This document shows positions 29,187 to 42,300 of a DNA stretch of 55,512 nt, piece by piece. Within the stretch, counting starts at the first letter, position 1. Each line of letters starts with the position of its first letter. The notes beneath the pieces are model-generated. The model did no database searches. It was not told the DNA's origin and saw only the letters and a program-made list of their open reading frames with translations. Made by a program: the position numbers and the translations under genes. The DNA is from Catajapyx aquilonaris (lineage: Eukaryota), in assembly GCA_000934665.2 (NCBI GenBank), contig KZ538092.1, positions 186,001 through 241,512 on the forward strand. Reading direction: 5' to 3'.

Positions 29187-32106
29187 TCACTGCAGGCCTT
29201 CGAAAGATGTGTCGTCCAGTGAGTGCAGCCAGTTGAAGATCATCATGTTGCGCTCGTATTTGGACAGGGGCTTTCCCCTGTCCCTCTCAACGTCCCTGAG
29301 GGTTAGAGGCATGCCCTTTGAACCCGGGGCCGCCCTTATGCCCAGCCCTGCAGCACCAGCTCCTTTCGCAGCACGAGCCAGCTCGCTGCTCAGCTGACCC
29401 GTGTCCGTCATTCCGTCCTTGCTGTTTTCAGTCACGGTTCCGCCTCCTTCTCCGCCAGCCGACGCTGCCGACGCCGCCGTCGACGCTCCGCCTGTTCCGT
29501 CCTCAGCAGCCATCAATCCGGCCGACACCGACGCTGGAAGCTCCAGCCGATCCAGGTTGAACTCCGATTGCGACAGTCGCTCCAGAGCTCGGTATGTCGT
29601 CAATAAACGACGTCTGATGTAATTTTGGCGTACCTATCAGTAAATTGACACTTCAGTTTGAAACATTTCGTGATCGGATCATATTCCGATTTGTCGTTAT
29701 TAGTTATTGAATCAACAATAACTAACAACGATATCTGATCGCAATGAATGGCACTATTGTATATATATGCCACGTAATTGCAGGTTATTACAATAGACAA
29801 TGCCTCCAGGACACACATTCCCGGTAGTGTTATTCTTGCCATACATACCAACAAACTTTCTACTTTATATGTGACTATGGAAGCTTCATCCTGTCTGGTA
29901 TGCAACCAGTGTTATGCATCACCGGTTGCGTATGAGCCAGGATGTGTACCTTCTTATTGACGGATCTGATGAGGTCGGCGGCTGTGAAGGCTGGTCCGTC
30001 TGTGACCACCGAGTGGCCCGTGGGCCTGCCCTGGGGCGAGGGCAGCTGGGAGGTGGAGGCGATGTCCCCGACGGCCACCCATAAGGAGCATGACCTAGAG
30101 GCGTGTTCCAGTCTCGGATGAGCCAGCTCAACACGACTGCCCCACACAGCCATCTGGATAAAAACAAGCAGGTCAAACACATCGGAAACGAGCTGTACAG
30201 TTGACCTCTGACCTCTGAAACGGAAGGCTTGAGCATGTTGGCATCGGCCGAGGGCAACTGGGATATATCGCTGGTACTGAAGCTCTTTTGGAGACCCAAT
30301 GCCGAGGAGAGGGCACCGCAAGATCGGATCAGATCAGTCTCTTCCTCGAACCAGATCTCCGGGATGGTTCCTGGGAGTCCGCCCCCGGGCGGCCCCGGTC
30401 CCCCGCCTATCGAGGGCGATCCAGAGCCGCAGTTGTCTCCAGGGACGGTCAGTCGGTTGCGGCTCGAGTCTGGGTTGGGACTCGGGCCACGGTTCAGTTG
30501 AGCCTCGCTGTAGGCCTGGGGTTAAAAACGCTGTTAGTTACGCCTTATGTAACTCGGCCATTTTTCAAGCTCCGGGCCCAAGAAGAAGCGCAAATTGAGC
30601 ACACAAAAAAATTACTCGGTGCAGTTTGTCATACTTTGAGCTCCCCGCTGCTGCTGCTTCTTTTTTAAACCCGAAATTGGCTCTACTCTTTAGTGTCCGG
30701 TCCACTGACTCTTTATGCGGTTTGTTTGTCGACGAGACTTTGAAACGTACGTTTTCTTCGAAAGTTGTTGCAGTAAAACCTTGTCTAAGAAAACTTCTGC
30801 ATTACTTTTTTGTGGTCTCGGACAATATGAAACTATCTGTACATTTCAAGAGGAGGACAAGGACTGCTCAGACATAAATAATCCCAAGTCTCCGTGAATG
30901 TGCACATAACGAAAACTACTGCTGAGTATACATTACAGAACGGCTCACTCTTGTTGTAGATAAGTCAGGCTACTCTTATTAATGCATCACCACGTTTGCT
31001 TTAATGAACTATGCATACAAGTGATTACGCATAATCTACACTTGGGGATGTCCCCATGTGGGATTGGGTAACAAATTCAATTGAAATCGTAGATGGCACT
31101 CTTGATAACGAGGCTTATCTTATATAGGCAGTTTATGTTACACAATAGTAACATGACTCTATAGAGTCGTAAAGTGGACCGGATACTAAAGCCATTATTC
31201 TCTGAATAATCCTGCCCGTTTTGTACGTATACGATACCGTGACTACTACACATAAAACTAAGGACAGCCACAGCTAATGTCTAATTAAGACGCCATCAAC
31301 AAACGCTAGTTTCTACAGGAATCTGCAACTACAGGATTTTGAGGATAACTCGAGGTGCTTTTCTTTTTTCATGATTATTAAAATTGCGGCACATTTTACA
31401 TTTTTCTAAGGATCTTCTCAGTTTCTAGGTTAATGCACACACGCAGCAGCAAAGTTAAAAGACTGTTATCTTGATGCACATGAAGGCAAAGGAAGAAACG
31501 TGTGCGTGTCTGAAACTGTCCACGCCCTGACTTTTATGTATTATCACAGGGGGGTTGTTGGAGAGAGGGGTACTACCGGCTGGTTCTCTCACAGATCAAT
31601 AGGAGAACTGCGCAGAAAATCCGGATCGTACTATAGGGGGGGGAAAGGTTGGAGCTAGGACTGGTTTTGTGTGGGTGTATGTACGGAGCGCAGATGCGCC
31701 CGGATGCGCATTTTACGGCCAACGGGTTCGTCGACCCTTTTTTCTCACCGCACCCGGATTCCAGGTGTTAAAAGGTCACACTCTCATCACAATTTACTGG
31801 CTACCAAAATTTGCAATAAAGTTCTATACTTACAAGTGCTGAAATATTATGTAATAACTGGGCACCCGGTTTTGTTTTCAGGGAAAGGTTTGGGGAGACA
31901 CAGTTTACCTTGAAACTGACCCGTAGCGAGGTCATCTTGGTAGGGTCGGATCCAATTGTTGAGATGGAGAAGAGGGATAGATCCGTGGTGACAGATTCGC
32001 GACTGGGAGAGCGCAGCATCCGGGTTCCAGAAGAAATTGCACCGACTCCTACACCAGCTGTCTGAACACTTATCAAAGGTCTCTCAGAGTGACCCTCAGA
32101 GGTCAT
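29187..32106 (-). CDS. Uncharacterised ~383-aa protein, largely disordered, with a C-terminal KYERNMMIFNWL block
   Basis: Phase-0 exons 32106-31909, 30515-30213, 30153-29950, 29633-29187 join without stops. Structured-looking blocks: FTAADLIRSVNKKVRQNYIRRRLLTTYRALERLSQSEFNL and LSKYERNMMIFNWLHSLDD. A probable 5' UTR exon ends at 32492; the N-terminus is uncertain. Confidence 0.75.
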
Positions 32107-33385
32107 TCCTGGGTTAATAATATGACCCCCCCCCCACAGGTCACGCCATTTGCTCCCTCCAAAGAGAGAAGCTTGCTTCCAGACTACACCATGGTTAACT
32201 TCCAAGTGCCTTTTCCCCCCAACCACCACAGAAGCCCTGCCAACCAGAACACACACAGGCTTGGAATTAGATCGATAGAATCAAGCTAGATTCTGCACAC
32301 CCACACCCCCACCCTTCTTATTCGCAGGCGCAGAATATTCACATTTTTTTTTTGCAGCATCCTTGTAGGAGTTAGGATAGGTCAAGTAAAGATTTGGGTT
32401 GAAAAATGTGAATGAAAAAAAAAATCCAAATTTACGATGCAGGTCATGTTATGTAAGAGGACAAGTTATTCATCGCAAGGGAGCAAATTACCTCACGGTT
32501 AACCTCAACTCGACAGTCGAAATAATTAGATCTGCATTACTTTGCATCGTCACTTCCTCATTTACATAGTGCGTCGTCGATTCGGATTCGAGAAACAACA
32601 GTGTGCTGCGGTCTGCCTCGGTTCCATGAGAAGTGTGTAAAACAGAGTGACACATTCCCACACCTTTTCTTTCCCAATATACGTATATAAAAAAATCCCA
32701 TGTTTCCAGGTCAGCTTCTCTAAAAGTGGAAAAAAGATTCTGATCCGAAAAAAAAAATAGTAGAGAAGGTCCGTTTTTTCTTTTCTTCGGCCAACCGTGG
32801 CCATCCCTAGTCCCTTCAACCTTGTCCAGCTCCGTGACCAACATCCAAACGGTAAAAAGACTAGCCCCTGAAAAGTGCTGGCGACTGCAGCACCGGGTTA
32901 TCCGGCTGCAAATGTGTGCGGAAAAAAAGAAACGCTTCCAAACCGCAACTTTTGCACACACATATTTGTTTGCACACCCTTCAGGGCTTGGAAATATCAC
33001 ACGTGTGTCGCTTATAGGTTTGCAAATGCTGTCCCAATTAACGTGGGGGTCTGCTGGTGAAAATCGGTGAATTGATTGCTGCTTCTGCCCCCCAGGTTGA
33101 TGAGGACGGAAGTTGATGTAATTAGGAAGAGCCCAATTAGAGAATTTGCCATTTTCTTCACTATAGAAGGAGACTGTACAGTACACAGTAGGCGATTCAT
33201 GTACTCATTTTAATGCACTGCATACTGCATGTGTGTCATTTACCATACAATTGGACTGTCCTTGGATACTATAATATACTGGATGGCTTTCGTGGGTCGT
33301 TGTCCCTCCTTCATGTGCTCAGGAAACCATGAAGGCGGCACACACTCTGCATACACATTCGTCTGTAGCTTTTATTTTTTTAATG

Positions 33386-34157
33386 TCACTGATCTTCGAC
33401 TGAGGTTAAGATGTTGCGAAATGAGGATGTGGGGAGTGGCAGAGTTGCTGGGAGACAACCTGTTTGCCTCCAGAGAATTGCTCGGAGGAAATCTGCTCGG
33501 AGCATCCTCGCTGGAATTATGTACTCGTCGTCGTAGTCTTCTTCGTAGCCATGAAACGGTGTCGAGGTGCCGTCAGTGACGGTGAACACAGAGCGTTGGA
33601 GGTGGTGCAGCCTAGCCATTTCTCGCATCCTGAAATTAAACGCATTTAATCATGAAAAGTGATTAGACTCCCAAGTACCTTTATAAGCTGCTTAAAATTC
33701 CGATAACTAAGTTACATAACTAATATGGCTGTGAAATGCATGAAATGTGACACTTGAACGACAGAGAAGCTACAACCGCCTTTTCAGAAATATAAATGCA
33801 ATTACCTCAGTGATCAGTACTGAACTTACAATGTCAGCAATGAAAGTAACCGGTTTAATTATTTAAAGGTGGAAAAATTCCTGCACAGTATTTACCTTGA
33901 GTGGATAATGTTGTAGGCTCTTCTTTCTATGCTGTACCTATGGTCGCTCTGCTCGTCTTCACAGGTGTCAAGTTCATCAGATATAGTTCTTGTCTTGTAT
34001 AAAAAAAAACATTTTATTATTGTCGAAATTGGTTTTTTTAAAAAATTTAATGTTACCTACTTAAACTTACCACCACGCATGGCAGATATTCCATCACCAG
34101 CTGGGACGTTATGTGCCCAAAAATGTCGCACAGGAATTTTAAGACGCGTAGAATCAT
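33386..34157 (-). CDS. Small orphan protein (~142 aa)
   Basis: Exons 34157-34071, 33993-33896, 33629-33386 splice in frame (MILRVLKFLCDIFGHITSQLVMEYLPCVV-TRTISDELD...-MREMARLHHLQ...VEDQ*). AATAAA follows the stop at 33371-33376 (-). No recognisable domain. Confidence 0.5.
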
Positions 34158-34199
34158 TTCCCATCCTCATGTTCCTCCCAATTTACTCTTCCTCTTCTA

Positions 34200-34552
34200 A
34201 TTATAAAATTATAAGAGAGAAAGAGAGTGAAGAAAACTAGGCACACACGGAAAATTTTACCGAGCAATTCCCCATTTTTTTTTCGAATGCCCGCCTCTTG
34301 TACGTCACGACGTCCGTTGCCAACCTACGCTCATTAATTGTTATGTCAAGTTTACAATTATTTTTGTGATTAATTTATCATTACTGCATTATATTGTGTA
34401 AAATAGTTTTACAGTTTATTTTAACACAGCTTATAGAGTTTGTTGTAACTTGCGGTGTTTTATGTTGGCAATGTGAGTTGAAAATGGCGGCGGATTAACG
34501 GACCACGTTTTGTTGAAAAAATCGTTCAATTTTTGTCTTCATTTCAAGTTGG
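34200..34552. promoter_or_regulatory. Putative bidirectional promoter and first non-coding exon of the + strand orphan gene
   Basis: Short gap between two divergent gene models; CRE-like tacgtcac at ~34301-34308; YY1-type AAAATGGCGG at 34481-34490; GTAAGG donor at 34553. Confidence 0.5.
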
Positions 34553-34725
34553 GTAAGGCCTGGTACGAAAATAGTAAAATATGCACTTTTTAACTGCATT
34601 TTGGATCATAGAAATTAATATATACGGTAATACAAGATATGCACATTTACCACACAAACTGTAAGTTAGCCATTTACTTTATGTGCACAATTTATTTGAT
34701 CTGACATTTTTATTTCAGAAACAAC

Positions 34726-35860
34726 ATGTCACAATTATTGACAGACAGTCACATGAGGACTGAAAAGCAACGTTCAAGAATAAAGAGAAAAAAGAAGACT
34801 ATATTCTTCGTATACAAGAAGAGGACTCGGGAGGCAACGAAGGGATGGGAGGTTACGGAGCTGCCTGAAGAACATTTGGAGACACCGGTTCCGCAGGGTT
34901 CGTGTCCAGAGTTGGATTTGCTGTCAACAGCAGAAATTTTGCAGGAGAATGAGCTGGAGGAGATTTGCGATGAGGAAAGGAGGCGCCTGCAGGATACGCA
35001 GCCTTCAGCGAATATAACCTACACCTTGACAAACTCAAGTGAAGAAATACAATGCTCGAGTTCATCTGCAGAGCCCAAGATAACTCAGGACCGAAACACT
35101 GATGGTAGGTTTGGGCAGTTGTAAGGCATGCAGCATGTATTTTGCACAACCTTGTTATTTTATTTGATCCTCACCTTCTTTGTGAAATTCACTATGAAGT
35201 CCTTTTCAATGCTGAGTTAAACTTCAGTGACTGATGTGCTGGAATTTCCGCAACATAGATGACATCCGCAGTGCTTCAAAATTATTGCCTCCATCTCAAC
35301 TACACCTTCAGTTGACATTTGCGTGCACCTCCCACTATGGTGAGACTCTATTACTTTGTGTGTCATGTGATGGATTCATTATTGCCACTGCACAGGAGTT
35401 TGAAAGTTCCTTTGCCGTAGAACTCCATTCCAGCAGTGGCCCTAAACATAAAAATAATGTAACCAGTAACTTGGGGATTAATGAGACATGCTAGTTAAAT
35501 GTAGAAAGCAACCCTTGTAATATTTCCTCATTCCTTTCAGACGATGTGGCATTGCCTTTGGAAAACGGCCTCCAAGATTCCGACATAATCTGGGACTCCC
35601 ATCCCCACCAGCCGGGTACATGGGATTCACATCACGCCATCAACGACAGCAGAGTGGCAGAACTAGCAATCGGAAGCGGCAACACCCACACAAGCAGCCA
35701 GCCCGAATCATTCGCCAGCGAGGAGCTATTCCCCTGCGGTCAGGCTGCATTCCGCCAAAGATTCCAAGTCCCCTTAAAGTCCGGCCACGACATCATCGAC
35801 CTTGTGAACGCCGCAGTCCAAACCGATCCAAGTCCACGGAACTTAATTTCGCATGCATGA
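34726..35860 (+). CDS. Orphan protein (~232 aa) with a basic NLS-like N-terminus and an acidic, disordered body
   Basis: Exons 34726-35104 and 35541-35860 join in phase 1. Acceptor at 34718, ACAACATG start context, AATAAA at 35925-35930 and 35952-35957. Confidence 0.65.
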
Positions 35861-36376
35861 AACAGATATAATTTTGAGTGTGCAGTGTCCTAAAACCGTC
35901 GCTCATAACGTGTGATTGATCACGAATAAATGTGTTCAGTATTATTATTGCAATAAAGACAAATTACATTTCCATATTTTTTTAGGTGTTAAATTTCGAA
36001 CGTTCCCGCCTGTTTGAACAAGTGTTGCCGTCTAGTGAGCAGCTTATAAACTTCCGAGTGTCGATCTGCGCGCCCTCCGACGACTGATGCTAGAACTTTT
36101 CCCCTCCCTCCCTTCCAGCCCCCCTCCCCTTCCCCTCACAATGCCGTTTTATCCCCGCCGCTTGGGCTGCCGAGATAGAACGTCCGCCATATTGAGTTAA
36201 GGGGGTGCCCTCCCTTTCGAAAATGTGTCAGTTCCAGGGCTCAACCTGAAGCTTTTCTTCCCCTTGGTTCCAGCCGCAGAAGCCGGGGAAGGACAGAAGG
36301 AAAAAGGGGGGGAAAAAAAGGAAGTTGGGAGGGGGAAAGAAGAGCCTGCCTTTTGTACCGGGTAAAAGAGGAGGAG

Positions 36377-39300
36377 ATGAGCGAGGGCCGCGGGACGGGG
36401 ACTCAGCCTCGCTTCCCGAACCGCGGTGGCCACCAGTCTGACGCCTCTCCTGACCCGAACACGCCAGAGGAGGAGATGGGGGACGTGCTGGGAAAGGAGG
36501 AAGACAGGCAGGGAGCCAGGGAAGGGGAGGAAGAACAGGAGGTGCGTTTTTTCATTCTATTTGTAATGAGGGGGGAGAGGGGAGGGGGGTAGGCCTAGTC
36601 CATGGAACAATGCTACACATTTTATTAGTTTTAAAAATATATATTACATTTGAATACACAAACGGAAGTGTTTCCGGAATATGCCGCAGACAAAATGGAA
36701 ACTGATGCGTCGAAGTTCCGTCATGTGGTTCTTCAAAAAGTTGACACATTATGCAATGTTTGTACTGGTTGTACACGGTTCAAGTTCCAATAATAGTGCA
36801 CATTCGTATCTGACGGGGGAAATAAGATGCATGGGCATACACTGAGGGGGGTAACCACTTTGTGGAACCGGCTTGGAACCCATCCGGTTCCGGGAACTGG
36901 TGTACACTTTTTTTGTGGAGTTGTTACCCCCCTTAGCATACACTGTACTCCCGATTATCCGTGCTAATTAAATGCACGGGTGTCGCCGATGATTGGGAAA
37001 CAGATAATCGTAGAAGCCGTAAAAATGAGCTATTCAGAGGTTTTAAACTACTGTACATAGTGTATGCTGCTTTAAATAAGGTTTAATCAAAATAATCAAA
37101 ACTTACCGTAGCATTTTATAGTTTGTCTTGTGGAAAAGGTCTTATATTTTTTTTGTTTGGGCGACAAATTGGCAATTTTTTGGGCGTTTGCTTCGTTTTG
37201 GCGATGCACGGATAATAATCTGAAATGTAGATCATCCGCATCTTGATAACCGGGAGTACAGTCTAATATCTTGATTGACATTTTTGGAAAATAAATCGGG
37301 ATGAATTTCAGTTACTAAACACGATATGAGGTCTTGGGCATGTGAAAATCTGCCCATGCAAATTCGGACACTGTGACAGGAGCCTAGATATTGCATTACA
37401 GTATTTATTAGGCCAGTCAGTACAGGAATTTTTAAAAAGAAGTAATTTGCTGAGGAATTCCAAGCCTTCCTGCTGTATAGTAGGTATGAAACAGTAGAGG
37501 GCTGTGTGCCAATAATATGGTAGTCATCCATTACATCAAGGGTGCTTGAGTAGTTTATGACAGGATCCAGCTTCTACGCTTTACAACACTGCGAATATGA
37601 ATACCTCTCTTGACCCTTCCATGACAGCACTCATAGTGTGGGTTTTCCATCTTTATGCTAAGCCTCCTGTTAGCAGCATGCCGTTGGGATTCTCCTGCCA
37701 GCTTTCTCGTGATTTTCAATGTTACATGTTCTGGACAGATTCTGGTAATGTTAGCAGGAGGACAAAAATTCACCCATATTTTTATGCATACTGTCGTTCC
37801 TCTTAACCACATTAACTTTATTTTATTCTGTCTGTATATTACTTTGCAAAATTCACTTCTCCAATGTGAGGTGAAGAATGAGTGTCATTAAAGTTTTAGT
37901 CAACTTTTCTGTGGCATAATTGCTGTGGCCTTTCAAGTCTGAAGTCTCGGACCTGAGTGCGATACTCATTCGACAGAAGAATTTTTCACAGGGAGAAGAG
38001 TTTCAATAGGTTATCTCCATGTTCATGTGGATTTTCATGAATTTTTTTTCAATATTTCTCCCACTGTCCAATCCATCATTAGCATCGGCGTATAATAAAG
38101 TCAGCCATTTAAAAGAGGATTTCCTAGTAGGCCACGTGCTCGCCGTAGGGTAACCTGTTGTTGTGTTTGAAGTTTTATCATTTAACCTGTGCATGTAATA
38201 CTTCAAGTGGAATTTTATTAATATCATATCAAGTGTTGAGGTTCGAACTGATGTGATTATATCGCATTACAATTAACATATGACTTGCACTTGGGATCCA
38301 GGTTTGTTGCCTTATCAAAAGGCACCATTCTATTTGTTGGCATGTCAATGAACTTTGTAACACCGACTTCACTATCACATTTTACATAACATGCTATCAG
38401 CTGTTTGTACATTGAAGCATGTTTTCTTGCCATAACATGGAAGATGAAACACTAGACAGCTTTGCAGACTAAGGAAGATTACCCTAACATTTTTGTTTGG
38501 TTGGTGGCTACAGGGTGAAGAAGAAGACCTGATTGAAGAGAGTTTGATAGAAGAAGTGACGCTGGCATTACAAAATATGGCAGCAAATGAGGACTCCTCG
38601 TCAGAAGGTACGCCTGAAACGCCACCCGGATTAGAATCGGATGAACACGAGGAAGAGGAGGATGAAAGTGGAGATGATGAAGATGGAGAGGAATCAGAAG
38701 AAGAGGAAGAAGTGGGTGGAATGTCTGCCAGAGGGGAGGCAGAGGGAGCTGCAAGTGACAATGCAGATCCTAGTGATGATGAGGATGAGAGAAGTGATGA
38801 AGGTGATTCTGATGATGAAGCATCTGAATCAGGAACGGAAGATTCTCATGGGGTTGACAGCCAGGAAGAGGAGGTATACAGGCTCAAGAAAGCTGATGAA
38901 GCTAAGGTAATTACCTTGATTTCCTGTTTATTAGTTAACTCCATCGTCAATCCAAACAGATAGCTTTTTTGCACCAAGTGTATTCGCAGCACTTTAATAT
39001 GGCAAGTTTGGACATTATGACAGAATTATTTTTCTAGGTTCAGAAATTTTGTGTAAAATATTTTATAGTCTTCTATCAGCAGGTTTCACTGTAATTCTTT
39101 GCAAAAACCACTTGTGTTGATATGCAAGTATAAGTTGTGTTACACATTAGCACACATTTACACGTTGCATGTTGTTGATCAGGGCATGGCTGTGGAGCCA
39201 ATCCAAGGTGCTGCGTTGGGTGAAGAGATGGCACAAGTCTGTGGACTTGCTGTTCTTGCTGGGGTCAGCTTAGGAGAGGAGAAGCCAGAGGTTGACGGAG

Positions 39301-42300
39301 TAGGGGAAGGTGTGGATGAGGACGCAGCAGATGAAGACGAAGTATCATCTACTGCATCCACCACAATAGCCACTCCTCCTGAAAGTGCTTGGAGTCAAGA
39401 TAAACCTTGCCTATGCAAAGCTTGCAGGGAGCGCAGGTACGTTTGAAAAAAATCTTTGTCGCAAGGTACACTCGAACAATAACGATTCATGAGGAGTCAG
39501 TCAGTGGAATAAACTGTGATACGTGTGATATATTCCAAGACTTGGCTGAGGAAATCTACAGAAATTCATGGCCAGAATAGCCAGCATCACAATGAAACAT
39601 TTCTATGCTTGTTGTTTACTGCAAGACACTGCTTTTGTCATTCAGGGAAAGGGCCTTGGAGTTGGAAGCTGAATTGCTTCAGACTAATGCTGACTGGCTG
39701 GAGCTCTGCGGCCACGTAAGGTCCACGTATTCCCTGGCCTTGGAGGGTGCTTTAGAAGACAGCAACCGCTCTGGGGACATCCCTGACGAGACTGTCATGA
39801 GGAACTTAGTTCATAGGTATGTTTTGCAGCAGTTGACATTTTGCAATGTTTGTTGGAATTGGATTTGCATCTAATTTTTGTGCTTGCATTTGGACAGGCT
39901 GTGTGGTCATGATCCTCATGAGCTGTTTCGTCGACTGGACAGGGAGGTCCAGGAGTTTGTCGTGGATGCCAAGATGAAACTTATGAAGATGATTCATCAG
40001 GAGTCATCTGCACCTGTTTCTGGCTCCAAGGCGACTACAGGAGGCAGCCCCACTAGTAGTAGTGTCCTTCTCCCAACTCACCTTGCAGAACGCTTTATGG
40101 AGAGCCTCCTGGACAGTTACGATAGGCTTGGAGAGGCCAGTGCCAAGCTGGGACAGTCTCTCCAGGAGCTGGAGACCTGCCACCTGGTCAGGAACTTCAG
40201 GCTTACTTGGGACCTACACACGAAGCACCTCTTCCAGGCATACCTCTATTCTGATCCTGTGCTGCAAAACCAGCTGCCCGTCTTTGTGTCTCAGGTAAGG
40301 TGGCATAAAATTAGGATTAGGATTTACTTTTTAAAACATGCTCATTCTACTATGGTCACTTCGGAGAGGAGAAGGGTTACTGAATGGTGGTTCCCAAGTG
40401 ATGAGTTCATTGCTCTCCATAAATGACGTGTTGGGAGTTGGATCGCTAGGACTGATGGGAACAAGCCATTCTGCATTTCTTGAGGACAAGTTGAACTATT
40501 GTTGGAGAAAGTACTCCCATTTGTACACAATTCAAGTGCCTGGCAAAAGAATGCTAGCAAGTATTACAGGGAATTTGTCGGACAACTATTTTGCTTTGAT
40601 CGCTGATGTTCATGGTTTGAGTGTGTGTATTAGGTCAGGGAAACCTAGAATTGCAGAACTGAGCCCTATATAGATATTGGGTTGAAACTCATGGATGTTA
40701 TTGACCATTTCAGCTGCGAGGTAGGTTGACCTCCAAGGACCAGAAGAGCTACACAGACCTGGTGCACCGGTACCTGACTTTTGATGATGACATGAATATG
40801 ATTGCTGCTCTCTGGAGGAACTCAGATCTGCTCATACATGAATACAAGTAAGCCAGATTACTTACTAATCAACTTACTTAGAGATAACTTGAAGGTGCGT
40901 TTACATGTGAGTGATTTGATAGCGTGATGCCATCGCCGAGCGGTGCATCGCTGAGGAACCTGAGAAACCAATATTGTTTGAGGTGAAAGAAACAATCGAT
41001 TTTTGCCTCAAACAATACTGGTTACTCCAGTTACTCAGCGATCCACCGCTCGGCAATGATATTGCGCTATCAAATCACTCACATGTAAACGCACCTTACC
41101 TTAAATAAGAGATTACTTACTAAGGCAGCATGACTTCTGTGCTCTGAATGGAAGCAAGTGACACCTAATTATGCAAAATAATAATGATTTAACTCTAAAA
41201 ATAAACAGCCATTTCCCACATGATGAGGCATCAACTCCAGATTTTGTTATGTTGGAAGTTGGATCGCTAGGACTGATGGGAATTATTCTCGCTGTGTGCA
41301 ACTGAACATTTGCAGTATTTGGTTCAGAAAGTCATGCTTGATTAGTTTATGTTACTTTTGTAATGCATAGAGAGAATGCAGGGTTGCCTGGTCAAACATT
41401 GCTGATAATTAACCCAGACTCCTAGAGCAAAGAAAAACAGTAGAATCCTGATTACGTGACTCTGTGGAACAATAGGTAAGGTTGGAAGTAAAGCCAGGTA
41501 TTTAAAATACCTCCGCCATACAGTGTTGGTAATTTAAAGCCATTTTTGTCCTATTCTTTTCCATTGCATGTGTTGTTTGGTGGGGACTGTATCGGAGTAA
41601 CACTGCAAGATGAGAAGTTTATTTTTGTTACGTATCGTAATTTTATTCCCCACAGTGGACAGTTTAATCTTGGTATTGATCTGAAATAATGAAGGTTTTT
41701 CATAGGTTGTATTCAAACATCTTTGCAGCAATAAGCAAGCGTCACTTATGCAGCGGCAGCAGTTCCTGAGGCAGGAGTGGGAGGTTCTAAAAGCCCAAAG
41801 GCGTCTCCTGCAGAAGGAGATGCTTGGGAAAACTGCAGGGGGAGGGGATGTGCCTGACTCTTTCCTGTCCTTACTTAATGGCATGACCCTGGGAGACGGG
41901 GAAAACAAAGTGGAGGATGGAGCAGCCTCCTCCAGAGAAGATGGTGGTGGTGAGCAGGAGATGGGGATGGGAGTGTGTCCTGCATGTAACACCAGGCGGT
42001 GCCCATGTGATGAGTGCACCATCAGCCACGTGCTTACCTGCAGGGTTCTGCCCACCACAAATACCATTGCTTCGCCTGCCTCCTCAGTTGGGGATGGTGC
42101 CAATGCAGCAACACCTTTCTCAAGTGTGACCAGACTCTCCCACTGGAGGTATGTGGCGCAGTTTAATTTAGTAGATTAGTTTAAATTTCCACATTATGTC
42201 AGGATGGGCTCATCTGCATGAATGAACAGACGAGGATTTCAGGAATAATATATGAAGGAAGGACTTGAAAGCCAAGACAAAGCACTTGAAAGGAATTTCC

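Noticed and set aside
32488..33186. 232-aa ORF on the - strand
   Set aside because: No domain-like content, it runs through homopolymer tracts, and its donor phase does not fit the next exon; more likely promoter or 5' UTR of the 29187-32106 gene.
40470..40560. Long hairpin just downstream of snoRNA copy 1
   Set aside because: No H box follows it and it is not shared with the other copies.
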